The notes beneath the pieces were generated by a model. The model did no database searches and had not been told where the DNA came from. It saw only the letters and a program-made list of their open reading frames with translations. Made by a program: the position numbers and the translations under genes. From Thermoproteota archaeon (lineage in GTDB: Archaea; Korarchaeota; Korarchaeia; Korarchaeales; Korarchaeaceae), in NCBI GenBank assembly GCA_026986575.1, contig JALSOH010000004.1, forward strand, positions 736,001 to 800,000: DNA of 64,000 nt, in the 5' to 3' direction. Below, piece after piece: positions 45,430 through 55,371 of the stretch (position 1 is its first letter; each line of letters opens with the position of its first letter).

Positions 45430-46443
45430 TCACATGCGTTCCAGCACGGCCTCAGCGACCTCGAAGGTTGTGGCATTCCCCCCGAGATCGGGGGTCAGCA
45501 CACCATCCTTAACGGCCCTGTCAACCGCTTCGCGCATCCTCCTCCCTATATTACCGAGCCTTCCTTCCCGATACTTGGATCCCAACCACTCGAGCATCAT
45601 GGAGGCCGCCAATATCGTTCCTAGGGGGTTGGCTATCCCCCTACCAGCTATGTCCTCCGCGGTCCCATGGATGGGTTCGAAGGCAGCATACTCGTCTCCT
45701 ATTTGCGCCGAGCCGCAGAGTCCCAAGCTGCCTATCACCCCGGCGGCCACATCCGAGAGTATGTCCCCATATAAATTGGGGAGGAGCATCACGTCGAAGG
45801 GATGATCGACCTTCACGAGCCTGTAGGCAGCGGCATCCACTATGTAATCATCCGCTTCAACGCTGGGATGCATGGAGGCCATGTGATAGAACTCCTCGAG
45901 GAAGAGGCCGTCGCTAACCTTCAGGACGTTCTTCTTGTGGATGGCCGTGACCTTGGACCTGCCCTCCCTCTCAGCGAGCCGGAAGGCGAACTCCGCTATC
46001 CTCCTGGCACCCCTTCGAGTTACCACCCTCTTGGTGACGGCCACATCCCCTTGGAGCTCCTCCTCACCAGAGTACAAACCTTCCACGTTCTCCCTTACCA
46101 TCACAAGATCCATGCGCCTGAAGGATATGCCCTCATAACTCTTGAAGGGTCGTACGTTTGCGTATAGATCGAACTCTCTCCTGATCCTCAGATTAACGCT
46201 CGGATAGCTCCTTCCCTTGGTGGGAGTGGCAATCGGGCCCTTGAGAAGGGCGTCACTCTCCCTCAACTTATCCATCCCGCCCTCCTCTATTGGCAGCCCG
46301 GTCTCATTGAAGAAAGCCTTACCGGCCCTCACCTCCACGAACTCCGCATCCACGACCCTTTCCAGTAGGGAGAGAGTGGCGTCGATGACCTCCGGACCTA
46401 TACCGTCTCCCCTTATCACTGCTATTCGGGGTCTCAAGTCCAT
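45430..46443 (-). CDS. Isocitrate/isopropylmalate dehydrogenase family protein (probably isocitrate- or homoisocitrate-type)
   Basis: GDGIGPEV, KGP..TP, SVNLRIRREFDLYANVRP, RENVEGLY, NLYGDILSD, EPIHG. Confidence 0.9.
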   Translation of the reverse strand: MDLRPRIAVIRGDGIGPEVIDATLSLLERVVDAEFVEVRAGKAFFNETGLPIEEGGMDKLRESDALLKGPIATPTKGRSYPSVNLRIRREFDLYANVRPFKSYEGISFRRMDLVMVRENVEGLYSGEEELQGDVAVTKRVVTRRGARRIAEFAFRLAEREGRSKVTAIHKKNVLKVSDGLFLEEFYHMASMHPSVEADDYIVDAAAYRLVKVDHPFDVMLLPNLYGDILSDVAAGVIGSLGLCGSAQIGDEYAAFEPIHGTAEDIAGRGIANPLGTILAASMMLEWLGSKYREGRLGNIGRRMREAVDRAVKDGVLTPDLGGNATTFEVAEAVLERM

Positions 46444-46940
46444 CACTCCCAAGGAAGTTTCCCGTGCCTCCTGAAGTATGACTCTATCCCGCCCTCCTCT
46501 AGTAGAGACATTATCATTGGAGGGAACGGCTTGAATCTCACCTGCGTTCCCTTAGAGAGGTTCCTCACGATGCCCTCAGATAAATGGACCTCCACCATGT
46601 CCCCGTCCTCAGTTTCGATAAAAGCCTCCACCACAGGAAGCCCCACGTTTATAGCGTTCCTGTAGAAGATCCTGGCGAAGCTCTCGGCCACGACCGCTCC
46701 TACTCCAACGAGCTTGAGAAGCCTGGCAGCGTGCTCCCTGCTCGATCCGTAGCCGAAGTTCCTTCCGGCCACTATAACATCATTAGGCCTGATCTTCTCG
46801 CTGAACCCCGGTATGAGATCGTTGAACACGTACCGCCTCATTTCCTCTAATGTCCTGACCTTGTACTTGAGCCTGCCCGGGATTATATGATCCGTGGTGA
46901 TGTGATCTCCAAGTCTCCAAGCCCTGCCCCTAATCCTCAT
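46443..46940 (-). CDS. Aconitase-family small subunit (LeuD/HacB-like)
   Basis: ITTDHIIP, GRNFGYGSSREHA, SFARIFYRNAIN.G. Confidence 0.92.
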   Translation of the reverse strand: MRIRGRAWRLGDHITTDHIIPGRLKYKVRTLEEMRRYVFNDLIPGFSEKIRPNDVIVAGRNFGYGSSREHAARLLKLVGVGAVVAESFARIFYRNAINVGLPVVEAFIETEDGDMVEVHLSEGIVRNLSKGTQVRFKPFPPMIMSLLEEGGIESYFRRHGKLPWE

Positions 46941-48172
46941 GATAGCAGCCTCCTCGGGTCAGTGAGCTGTCCTCTCACAGCGGTCGCAGCTGCGGTCAGC
47001 GGGGATGCCAAGTATATCTGGCTGGATGGATGACCCATCCTCCCCGGGAAGTTCCTGGTCGAGGTGGAAACCACCACCTCTTCAGGCCCAAGCACTCCCA
47101 TGTGGGCCCCTATGCACGGTCCACAGGTGGGGGGACCCATCACGCAGCCGGCCCCCATCAACTCAGCTAGGATGCCGGACTCAACCAAGGATTCATATAC
47201 CGCTCTGGATGCGGGGGCCGCGATGCATCTCACTCCCTCCCTGACCCTCCTCCCTTTGAGCACCCTCACCGTCTGTAGGAAGTCCTCGAACCTCCCTCCA
47301 GAGCAGCTACCTATGAACACCTCATCTACATTCACACCTTCCACCTCCTCCACCGGCCTCACTTTATCTACATTTCCGGGGAGCGCCACGTTCGGCTGGA
47401 TTTCCCTGGCGTCAAATATGATCTCCTCCCCGTAGTCGGCGTGAGGGTCCGGTTGGAGGGGTTCCGCCTCAACGCCCCTCTCCTCCAGCCACCTGAGGGT
47501 CACACTGTCAGCTGGCACCAGTCCCACCTTGGCCCCCATCTCGACGCTCATGTTCGATAGCACCACCCTCGAATCTAAGCTCATCTCCTCAATCGCAGAT
47601 CCTAGGAACTCCACTGCCTTGTAGTTCGCTCCATCGCTGCCTAACCTCCCTATTATCTCGAGAATTACGTCCTTAGCCATGACACCGTCCTCCAGTTTCC
47701 CCTCCACAGTGATCGCCATCGTCTCAGGTACCCTCAACCAGATCCTCCCTCTAGCCATGGCTATCGCCGCGTCGGTGCTCCCCACTCCCGTGGCGAAGGC
47801 CCCGTAGGCTCCTAGGGTCACTGTGTGGCTGTCAGCCCCCAGTACCACCATCCCGGGCCTGACTAACCCAGCTTCGGGGATGACTTGATGGCTTATCCCG
47901 TTCCCAACATCGAATATCCTGATGCCGTGCCTTGAAGCGAAGGCCCTCATCTGAATGTGCAGCGCCGCCGCCTCGGCATGCGGAGCTGGAGCCGCGTGAT
48001 CTATGGTGAACACCACGTTTCCCGATAAAGAATCAAACCCTAGGCCTTCGAGCACGTCTATGGCGAGGGGCGCGGTGCCGTCGTGGGCGTACACCAGATC
48101 CACATTAACTACCACATGCTCGCCAGCCTCTACATCCCTCCCCAGCTTCGAGGAGAGGATCTTCTCGGTCAT
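46937..48172 (-). CDS. Aconitase-family large subunit (LeuC/HacA-like)
   Basis: HDGT, DH, GADSHT, GSC, CGPC.G, STSTRNFPGRMG. Confidence 0.92.
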   Translation of the reverse strand: MTEKILSSKLGRDVEAGEHVVVNVDLVYAHDGTAPLAIDVLEGLGFDSLSGNVVFTIDHAAPAPHAEAAALHIQMRAFASRHGIRIFDVGNGISHQVIPEAGLVRPGMVVLGADSHTVTLGAYGAFATGVGSTDAAIAMARGRIWLRVPETMAITVEGKLEDGVMAKDVILEIIGRLGSDGANYKAVEFLGSAIEEMSLDSRVVLSNMSVEMGAKVGLVPADSVTLRWLEERGVEAEPLQPDPHADYGEEIIFDAREIQPNVALPGNVDKVRPVEEVEGVNVDEVFIGSCSGGRFEDFLQTVRVLKGRRVREGVRCIAAPASRAVYESLVESGILAELMGAGCVMGPPTCGPCIGAHMGVLGPEEVVVSTSTRNFPGRMGHPSSQIYLASPLTAAATAVRGQLTDPRRLLS

Positions 48173-49473
48173 CGTCCCTCCCAAACCTCGATCCCCTCCA
48201 CCAGCTCAGGTACATATCTCCTCAGGATCCCCAGCACCTCCTCATCACTCAGAGGTTCAGTCCTCCCACCTTCAAAGAAATTCAGGACCTCTCTATAGGC
48301 CATGTCCAAGCGAGGATCTCCCTTCAGGGACATCCAGTCCTTGATCCCGGCCTTCTTCACTAGCCAGTATATCAGACCAGCCCTTCCAGAGTATGGAGTG
48401 ATCTCCACGGTGTAGGGAATCCCCAGCACCTCCTCGGGATCGAAGGGCAGATAGATGGCTGGGTTCTTGAGCAAGCCGTCGATGTGTATTCCCGCCTTCG
48501 TCCTGAACGCGTTCTCCCCTAGTATGGGGTAGAAGACCGGCACGTGGAAACCCATCCTCTGGAAGAGATCCCTCGCTTCCCTCAGTGCTCTCAAGTTTAG
48601 GGGTGATCCCTTCACCAGCTGAGCGTAGAAAAGGGCCATAGCCTCCAGTGGACAGTTACCAGCCCTCTCCCCTATGCCGAGGAGGGTGCAGTTGGACAGG
48701 GAGGCCCCGTACACCCAAGCGGCGAGGTGATTGGCCACGACTAGGTGGAAATCGTTGTGCCCGTGGAACTCCAGTTGAGTGCTCTTCAACCCGAGATCGT
48801 CCAGCAGGAGCCTTATCAGCCTAGGTATGCTTCTGGGAAGTGGAGCTTCAACGAAGGGCAGGCCCATACCCAAGGTGTCGGAGAGCTTGAACCCCACCTC
48901 CACACCGTACCTCTCAGCCAGCCTCAGCACCTCGTCCAAGAAGGGCAGGAGGAACCCGTACACATCACACCTCGTTATGTCCTCCATCGCCACCTTGAGC
49001 TTCAGGCCCATCTTCATACCCTCCTCCACCGCCCTGAGGTACTTGGTCTTGGCCGTCTCCCTGTCCATTCCCAGCTTGTAGGTGATATGGTAGTCTGATA
49101 CGGAGGTAAGGACTATCGTCTCATCCAACCCAGCCTCCTTGACCAGTCTAAGATCTTCCAGACTGGCTCTGACCCATCCTATGGGTCTGGGGTAGGTGGC
49201 ATAGTCCTTTATCCTTCTAATGACCTCTCTGTCCTTTCTAGTGTAGGGGAAGAGCTCTATGTCCCTGACAACGCCACTCCCATTATCTAGCTTAACGAGC
49301 ACCTCGTAGATGGCCATCGCCTCCTCCACAGTGAAGGGCCTGCTCCCCTGCTGCCCATCCCTCAGCGTGGTATCGGTCAGTATGAGCTCATGAGTCGGAG
49401 GTCTCCTGAAAAATCTCGGAACACCCAGCTCGGGGAAGAACCAGCTTGGATCGGACGCCCCCATCCTTTTCAC
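48169..49473 (-). CDS. DRE-TIM acyltransferase, most like Re-citrate synthase
   Basis: TDTTLRDGQQ (Q in place of the DRE Glu), ELFPY..KDRE, GWVRA, SVSDYHI..KL, EDITR, DTLG.GLP.....PRSIP, EFHGHNDF, TKAGIH.DG. Confidence 0.8.
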   Translation of the reverse strand: MKRMGASDPSWFFPELGVPRFFRRPPTHELILTDTTLRDGQQGSRPFTVEEAMAIYEVLVKLDNGSGVVRDIELFPYTRKDREVIRRIKDYATYPRPIGWVRASLEDLRLVKEAGLDETIVLTSVSDYHITYKLGMDRETAKTKYLRAVEEGMKMGLKLKVAMEDITRCDVYGFLLPFLDEVLRLAERYGVEVGFKLSDTLGMGLPFVEAPLPRSIPRLIRLLLDDLGLKSTQLEFHGHNDFHLVVANHLAAWVYGASLSNCTLLGIGERAGNCPLEAMALFYAQLVKGSPLNLRALREARDLFQRMGFHVPVFYPILGENAFRTKAGIHIDGLLKNPAIYLPFDPEEVLGIPYTVEITPYSGRAGLIYWLVKKAGIKDWMSLKGDPRLDMAYREVLNFFEGGRTEPLSDEEVLGILRRYVPELVEGIEVWEGR

Positions 49474-49637
49474 CGGATTCGGACCAAGTGGTCCCGTGAA
49501 ATATTTATACGTTCCTTTTATCGTCGCATATTATCCGAAAATCGAATATAACGGATGTGAAACTTGTATAGCTGTAAAACGAATGATACCACGTCTCTCG
49601 ACTAAATGGAGGTTCAATATAAAAGTGATTAGGTTGG

Positions 49638-51239
49638 TCAGGTCGCCTCTTCGGGAGCAGGTAAGGGTCTCCTTCGGAGGAGGTAGATGGCCGAAACTAT
49701 AGTGGCCGCACCCACTATTCCCAATCCTAGGATTGTTGGATCCAGCCGGGGCTTCTCCACCGTTACGGTCCTCATGGCGCTCACGGTTTGGGTCACAGTG
49801 ACGGTCTCGGGCTGCTGAATCGCTTGGGTCTGCGTAACCGGGGCTTGGGCTTGGGCCTGCGCGGTCCGGGTGGTCTGGGTGGGCGGACCCTTCACTTCCA
49901 CCACTATGTCCGTGGTGTTAACGCAGCCGCAGTCTTCAGCCTTCGCTATCAAGGTGGCCCTGTACTCCCCAGGTGGGGCGTTCCTCAGGGTTAGGTTAAT
50001 CGATCCCAGCTCTCCAACCTTCAGTTTGGCTGGTAAGGAATATGAGATGCCGGATGGTAGCCCGACCATCATCAGGATCGCCTCATTCACATCGGGAGAA
50101 TCGAGAATCACGACAAGCTCCGACTTAGGACTGTCCCTAGTCAGAACCACATGGCTCGGCTTCACATCAACCGTTATCTCGCCCACCGTCCTCTCAACGA
50201 GTATCATTACCTGTCTGCTCTTGAGGAGCTCCTCGTCTCTGTACAGCTCAACGCTCATCCCATAGGTACCCGGGCTGGTTCCCTTGGGGACGGTGACCCA
50301 GAGACCGAGGTGAGTGGTCTTCGACAGCCTGCTGGGGTAGTGGCTCACGTACCACCCCGGAGGCGGGACGACCCTCAGAGTCAGGGGCTCCGTCGTCTCT
50401 CCCCCGGTTATCCCCACTGTGACCCTCACATGGAACGTGTCATCTGGCTTCACTTTAACCATCACGGGATACACGATGAGATTGACCTCCCTCTCCCCAA
50501 CCCCTTCGACGGTGAGCGTGGAGTAAGCCCTGTCGCAGTAACCGTCATAACAGCCCTCAATCACGATGCTGTAGTTACCTGGGCTCATTCCAGACGTGTC
50601 TATGGTCAGAGTGGAGGTGTAGGTGTAGCAGGGGATGGCTAAGCAGTCACATGCCACAGAGTTAGGGCACATGGGATTGGGATCGAAGGTGTGGCTGGCG
50701 CAGGTCGGGCATATCAGGGAGAGGTATATGGGGTGATTGAATCCGTAGAGGGGAGCTGCCTTGACAGTAAAGACAGCCTTTTCTCCCATGTTCACCGCAA
50801 GTGAGCTTGGAGATATGGAGAGCTCGAACTCAGGCTCGTAAGGCGGTAGGACCTCCAAGGTCACGTCGATGTAAACGTTCTGATCCGTTAGGGGATCCCT
50901 CCCCCTCACTGTGATTGTGTATATACCGGGTGGTGTGTAGATGGAGGTCCTCACCTCCATATCTGAATCGATGTCTCCCGTGGGGTTCAGAGGGTTGTCC
51001 GAGAAGACTACTGAGACTGCAGGTGGCTCGAACAGGGCTCTGAGGTAGACATCGTTGGAGTATCCGGGGGTGACGGTGATCAGAGTCACGGTGAAGTGGG
51101 CGGTCTCACCGGCCCTCACCCTCCTGTATGTGGGACTCACATCTAGGTCGTAGTCGGCCGCCCTCACTTCGATCAGGGTGAAGGAGAGGCTCACCACTAG
51201 CACCAGCACCAGTAAGAAGAGTGAAATACTACTTCCCAT
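49638..51239 (-). CDS. Surface protein with Ig-like repeats, Cys-rich inserts, a Thr/Gln linker and a C-terminal TM anchor
   Basis: Signal peptide from the ATG at 51239; repeated PG.Y.I/V motifs; C-terminal TM followed by RRR. Confidence 0.75.
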   Translation of the reverse strand: MGSSISLFLLVLVLVVSLSFTLIEVRAADYDLDVSPTYRRVRAGETAHFTVTLITVTPGYSNDVYLRALFEPPAVSVVFSDNPLNPTGDIDSDMEVRTSIYTPPGIYTITVRGRDPLTDQNVYIDVTLEVLPPYEPEFELSISPSSLAVNMGEKAVFTVKAAPLYGFNHPIYLSLICPTCASHTFDPNPMCPNSVACDCLAIPCYTYTSTLTIDTSGMSPGNYSIVIEGCYDGYCDRAYSTLTVEGVGEREVNLIVYPVMVKVKPDDTFHVRVTVGITGGETTEPLTLRVVPPPGWYVSHYPSRLSKTTHLGLWVTVPKGTSPGTYGMSVELYRDEELLKSRQVMILVERTVGEITVDVKPSHVVLTRDSPKSELVVILDSPDVNEAILMMVGLPSGISYSLPAKLKVGELGSINLTLRNAPPGEYRATLIAKAEDCGCVNTTDIVVEVKGPPTQTTRTAQAQAQAPVTQTQAIQQPETVTVTQTVSAMRTVTVEKPRLDPTILGLGIVGAATIVSAIYLLRRRPLPAPEEAT

Positions 51240-51321
51240 CTCCAAATAGTTGTCCTCGGATAGAATAAAAATGTAGCCAGACAAGGGGTCAATCCGGCCG
51301 ATGATCACGTCGATTAAATGG

Positions 51322-52617
51322 TCATACGCTCAAATATGCTCTGTATTCCGCCTCGCTTGGCCAAGATCCGATCTCCGATGCCTCCTTCCTTTTGATCTCT
51401 AGGTATGCCTCCAAGGCGGAGGTGTCGAAAACGCCGCTCAGGTAGGAATTGTCGGATTCAAGCTCGTCCAAAGCCTCGTGCAGGGTTCTCGGGAGCCTCT
51501 TAGCCTCCAGTTTGTTAGTATAAGCGTTCAAACCGACCGGATCCCCGGGATCTATCTTTCTCCTTATGCCGTCCAAGCCAGCGGCGAACGTGGCGGCGAA
51601 TGCAAGGTAAGGGTTGCAGCTCGGATCCGGAACGCGGAACTCTACTCTCTTAGAGTTCCTCCCTCCCTTCCTGTACACGGGAACCCTGATGGCGGCGCTC
51701 CTGTTGGCCCTTCCCCAGATGGCGTATATCGGAGCTTCAAAACCCGGAACCAAACGTTTGTAGCTGTTGACTGTCGGCGAGACGATAGCCGCGAGGGAGC
51801 CTATATGCTCCAAGATGCCTCCTACGAAGTATCTCCCTAGTTGGCTCAGCTCAGCGTATTCATCATCAGGATCATAGAAGAGGTTTCTATCGCCCTCCCA
51901 GAGGCTTAGATGGAAGTGCATTCCGCTCCCATTATCACCGGGAACGGGCTTGGGCATGAAGGTGGCGATGAGACCGAGATCCCTAGCCACCTCCTTTATC
52001 CCTCTCTTAACCCTCATCACCTTGTCCGCGGCTCTGAGAGGAGTGTCCGCCCTGACTGAGACCTCAGATTGGCCCACACCCACCTCGTGATGCGTGACCT
52101 CCGGTTGTAGGTCCAAGCCCATCAACTCGTCCATCACCTCGAGCTTGAACTCGTAAAGGGGATCGGAGGGGGAGCTCAAGTGATAGTTGAGTTTGGGGGC
52201 GTTCCCCCAAGTAGAGACGGGTTTGAGGTCTTCGTTGAGGGTCATGAACTCCATCTCCGGTCCGACCATCCCCTTGTAGCCTTGAGCGGCTAGGAGATCC
52301 TCGGCCCTCTTAGCTACATACCTAGGATCCTTGGGTGATCTACCGCCTCCGAAGGGCTCCCAGATCTCGCTAAGCATCCTGAGCACATCGTCTTTGATCA
52401 CGGCAGTCTGGGGGTCTGGTATGAGTACGGCATCGCTCCACTCTATAACTGAGAGGCCCACACTGCTTGCATCGAAAGAACCACCCTTCTTTGATTTGAA
52501 GGTTTCTAATGAGAGGATCTCACTTCTTAAGGTGCCTGAAAGATCTACATACTCGAGCTCGACGAATTTGACTCCTTTAGATGATGCTTCTTTCAACACC
52601 TCTTCGAGGATAGGCAT
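51322..52617 (-). CDS. glnA: Glutamine synthetase type I
   Basis: FDASS, GPEMEF, HHEVG, TFMPKP..GDNGSGMHFH, NSYKRLVPGFEAP, NRSAAIRVP, RVEFRVPD. Confidence 0.95.
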   Translation of the reverse strand: MPILEEVLKEASSKGVKFVELEYVDLSGTLRSEILSLETFKSKKGGSFDASSVGLSVIEWSDAVLIPDPQTAVIKDDVLRMLSEIWEPFGGGRSPKDPRYVAKRAEDLLAAQGYKGMVGPEMEFMTLNEDLKPVSTWGNAPKLNYHLSSPSDPLYEFKLEVMDELMGLDLQPEVTHHEVGVGQSEVSVRADTPLRAADKVMRVKRGIKEVARDLGLIATFMPKPVPGDNGSGMHFHLSLWEGDRNLFYDPDDEYAELSQLGRYFVGGILEHIGSLAAIVSPTVNSYKRLVPGFEAPIYAIWGRANRSAAIRVPVYRKGGRNSKRVEFRVPDPSCNPYLAFAATFAAGLDGIRRKIDPGDPVGLNAYTNKLEAKRLPRTLHEALDELESDNSYLSGVFDTSALEAYLEIKRKEASEIGSWPSEAEYRAYLSV

Positions 52618-52890
52618 AAGTATAGGTAACCCTCGGTTATAAATCCCTTACTAGCGAAAGGGTTGAAACGAGTGAAAGGGGACATGTTGAGGCTCATTTT
52701 GATGAGACTACCATTATAGCATCTCTCTTATCTAAAAATAACGGTTTTCACATCCTATAAGTTACATGAATACGATGAAAACTTCAGATATTGGTCATCA
52801 AGACATATCTGCTAAGCTTTTCACGTAAAGTCGTCTATTACCCAGCGTTCCGAAAGGTTATTTTCGCCTTACTACAATTAATATGAAGGA

Positions 52891-53919
52891 ATGAGGAGGA
52901 CAGGGGAAGCCCACCTCCCTCTTCATGGAGGGAAGGCTCCAGCTTGGCTCTTCAAGCGTATGAAGGAGCTAGCCAAGCCCATACTCTCTTCCGTGATCTC
53001 CGAATATGGGAAGAGAGGTCTCCTAGAGAGATTGGCCGACCCACATTGGTTCCAGGCCTTAGGATGCGTTCTGGGGTATGACTGGCATTCCTCGGGAGTC
53101 ACCACCGTGCTGACCGCAGCATTGAAGGAGGCCCTACAAGAAGAGGATCTGGGCGTCAGGGTAGCTGGAGGGAAGGGCAGGACCTCCCTGAGAACCCCCC
53201 AAGAGCTAACGTCTATAGCAGAGGAGTTCGGGCTCGATCCCTCTCCCTTAGTGAGGGCCAGCAGGCTCTCGGCCAAGGTCGATAACTCCGCACTGCAAGA
53301 CGGCTTCGACCTCTACCACCACGCCTTCGTAGTGACCGAGGAGGGGGAGTGGGTCGTGGTTCAGCAGGGTATGAATCCCTCCCTGAGGATGGCTAGGAGG
53401 TACCACTGGCTCGGGAGTCGGGTGGAGAGCTTCGTCATCGAGCCTCACCGCGGCATCGTATCCGAGGCCGGGAAGGTAAAGGTGCTCAATCTAGTGGCTA
53501 GGGAGAGCGAGGGCGTGAGGAGAGCCTCTCTCGACTTGGTCAAAGAGGGAACGGCCAGGCTCAGGAGGCTGATGAGCGAGTACAGGTTCCTCAAGATGCC
53601 GAGGAGGATAGACTGGAGCGCGCTGGAACGGGCATATCAGCTAGATCCTTCCAGCTACGAGGAACTCTTGGAGATCAGGGGGATAGGGAAGTCCGCCATC
53701 AGGGCTCTAGCCCTGCTCAGCGAGCTGGTTTATGGGGAGAAGGCAAGCGTGAGGGACCCGGCCAAGTACTCCTTCGCCTTCGGCGGGAAGGATGGAGTAC
53801 CCTTCCCAGTGGATGTTAGGCTCATGGACGAAATTATCTCATACCTGAGGGGCAGGGAGATTCCCAAAATCAGGATCGAGGTTAGGGGAGACCTGACTGA
53901 TTATCTGGATCGGGATTGA
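52891..53919 (+). CDS. DUF763 family protein
   Basis: LPLHGG.AP.WL, GYDWHSSG.TT, AKVDN.ALQDG..LYHH, QQGMN, FAFGGKDG.P. Confidence 0.85.
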   Translation: MRRTGEAHLPLHGGKAPAWLFKRMKELAKPILSSVISEYGKRGLLERLADPHWFQALGCVLGYDWHSSGVTTVLTAALKEALQEEDLGVRVAGGKGRTSLRTPQELTSIAEEFGLDPSPLVRASRLSAKVDNSALQDGFDLYHHAFVVTEEGEWVVVQQGMNPSLRMARRYHWLGSRVESFVIEPHRGIVSEAGKVKVLNLVARESEGVRRASLDLVKEGTARLRRLMSEYRFLKMPRRIDWSALERAYQLDPSSYEELLEIRGIGKSAIRALALLSELVYGEKASVRDPAKYSFAFGGKDGVPFPVDVRLMDEIISYLRGREIPKIRIEVRGDLTDYLDRD

Positions 53920-53920
53920 G

Positions 53921-54526
53921 CTAGAACCAGGCTTCCAGACCCTTGCCCTCGTTATCCTCACCCAACAGTTCCTTCAACCTCTTAAAGTCTTCCTCCAGTA
54001 GAGGCTTCAGCTTGGGGTTGTAGAGAGCCGCTGCCGGGTGGAGGGTGGGCATCAGCGACCTCTTCCTACCGAACAGCTCCACCTCGAACACCTTCCCCCT
54101 TATCCTCATGATGGACCTCTCCTCCTCCCTCCCTGCAAGCCTCAAGAGGGTTAGGGCGCTGTGCCTGCCTAAAGCCACTATCACGTCCGGATCTATCACT
54201 CGGAGCTGCCTCTTGAGGAAGGGGAGACACGCCTCAATCTCCTCCGGCCTCGGGTCCCTGTTGTTGGGCGGCCTGCACTTCACCACATTAGTTATGAAAA
54301 CGTCCTCCCTCCTCAAACCTATCGAGGCCAGCAGTTCCGTCAGCAGCTTTCCGGCAGCTCCGACGAAGGGTCTGCCCTGCAGGTCCTCGTTCCTCCCCGG
54401 CGCCTCCCCCACGAACACCACCCTGGCTTTGGGATTCCCCTCCCCGGGCACGGCATTCGTCCTACTGGCGTGGAGGGGGCAGCGCTTACAGGACCTTATC
54501 TCTCCAGCTATCTTCTCCAGGCTCAA
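53921..54526 (-). CDS. udg: Uracil-DNA glycosylase, family 4 (Fe-S type)
   Basis: CKRC.L, GEAPG..ED..GRPFVG, NVVKCRPP.NR.P, HPAA.L. Confidence 0.93.
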   Translation of the reverse strand: MSLEKIAGEIRSCKRCPLHASRTNAVPGEGNPKARVVFVGEAPGRNEDLQGRPFVGAAGKLLTELLASIGLRREDVFITNVVKCRPPNNRDPRPEEIEACLPFLKRQLRVIDPDVIVALGRHSALTLLRLAGREEERSIMRIRGKVFEVELFGRKRSLMPTLHPAAALYNPKLKPLLEEDFKRLKELLGEDNEGKGLEAWF

Positions 54527-55311
54527 AGCCTGACCCTCGCCACGGGAGGCATGGTCCTCTTATGCGCCGTCCTTGCGTGCATCTCCAGCACCCTATCGAC
54601 ATCGGCGCCGAACATCCTCCTGACCTCGTCGTGCCCCATCCTCAGGTCGAATATCGCATGTAAGATGAGGTCGATCCTCTCGTAGGGGATACCCAGCTCT
54701 TCCTCAGCCCTGTGCCCTCTCCAGAGCTGGGGGCTGCTGGGCTTCCCAACTATCTTCTCAGGAACGCCGAGCCATTCTCCCAGCCACCTGACCTGGGTCT
54801 TGTAGAGGTCGCCGATTGGCAAGAAGTCCACACCCCCGTCCCCGTACTTGGTGAAGTATCCTATCAGTATCTCGCTCCTGTCCCCGGTGCCAGCAACTAG
54901 GAGGTTCCTGCTGTTTGCCACATAGTACAGGAGGGACATCCTTATCCTAGCTCTCAGGTTACCCACAGCGACCTTATCCTCGGGATCGAAGAACTCCGAC
55001 TTGGCGAAGGCGTTCACTATATCGGCTATATCCCTCTCCCAGTATGAGATGCCCAACTCGTCAGCTACTCCTCTAGCATCCTCCACATCCTCTTGAGGGG
55101 TGACGCGGGAGTCGGGCATTATGAGGCCGAACACCCTATCAGCCCCCAAAGCCCTCACAGCGAGGTAGGCGGTCACGGTAGAATCGATCCCCCCGCTTAA
55201 CCCCAAGACGACGCCGTTAGTTCTGGATCCAGCGACCATCCCCTTCACGAAGCCCGTTATCGACTCAGTCACCTTCTTCCAGTCCAGCCTGAGTTCGTCG
55301 AGCGTTAGCAT
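54523..55311 (-). CDS. nadE: NH3-dependent NAD+ synthetase
   Basis: GLSGGIDS, NLRARIRM, GYFTKYGDG, DLYKTQV. Confidence 0.95.
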   Translation of the reverse strand: MLTLDELRLDWKKVTESITGFVKGMVAGSRTNGVVLGLSGGIDSTVTAYLAVRALGADRVFGLIMPDSRVTPQEDVEDARGVADELGISYWERDIADIVNAFAKSEFFDPEDKVAVGNLRARIRMSLLYYVANSRNLLVAGTGDRSEILIGYFTKYGDGGVDFLPIGDLYKTQVRWLGEWLGVPEKIVGKPSSPQLWRGHRAEEELGIPYERIDLILHAIFDLRMGHDEVRRMFGADVDRVLEMHARTAHKRTMPPVARVRL

Positions 55312-55371
55312 ATTCCATCTGGGGGACTATCTTTTTTACGTTTTCCTGTAGGCTAGGGAGGTGCGGGCGAA

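Noticed and set aside
52784-52800. Minus-strand TGATGA-N7-CTGA (C/D box or K-loop-like) in the glnA-DUF763 intergenic region
   Set aside because: No second box pair or guide region, and it lies upstream of the likely glnA TATA box; could be chance.
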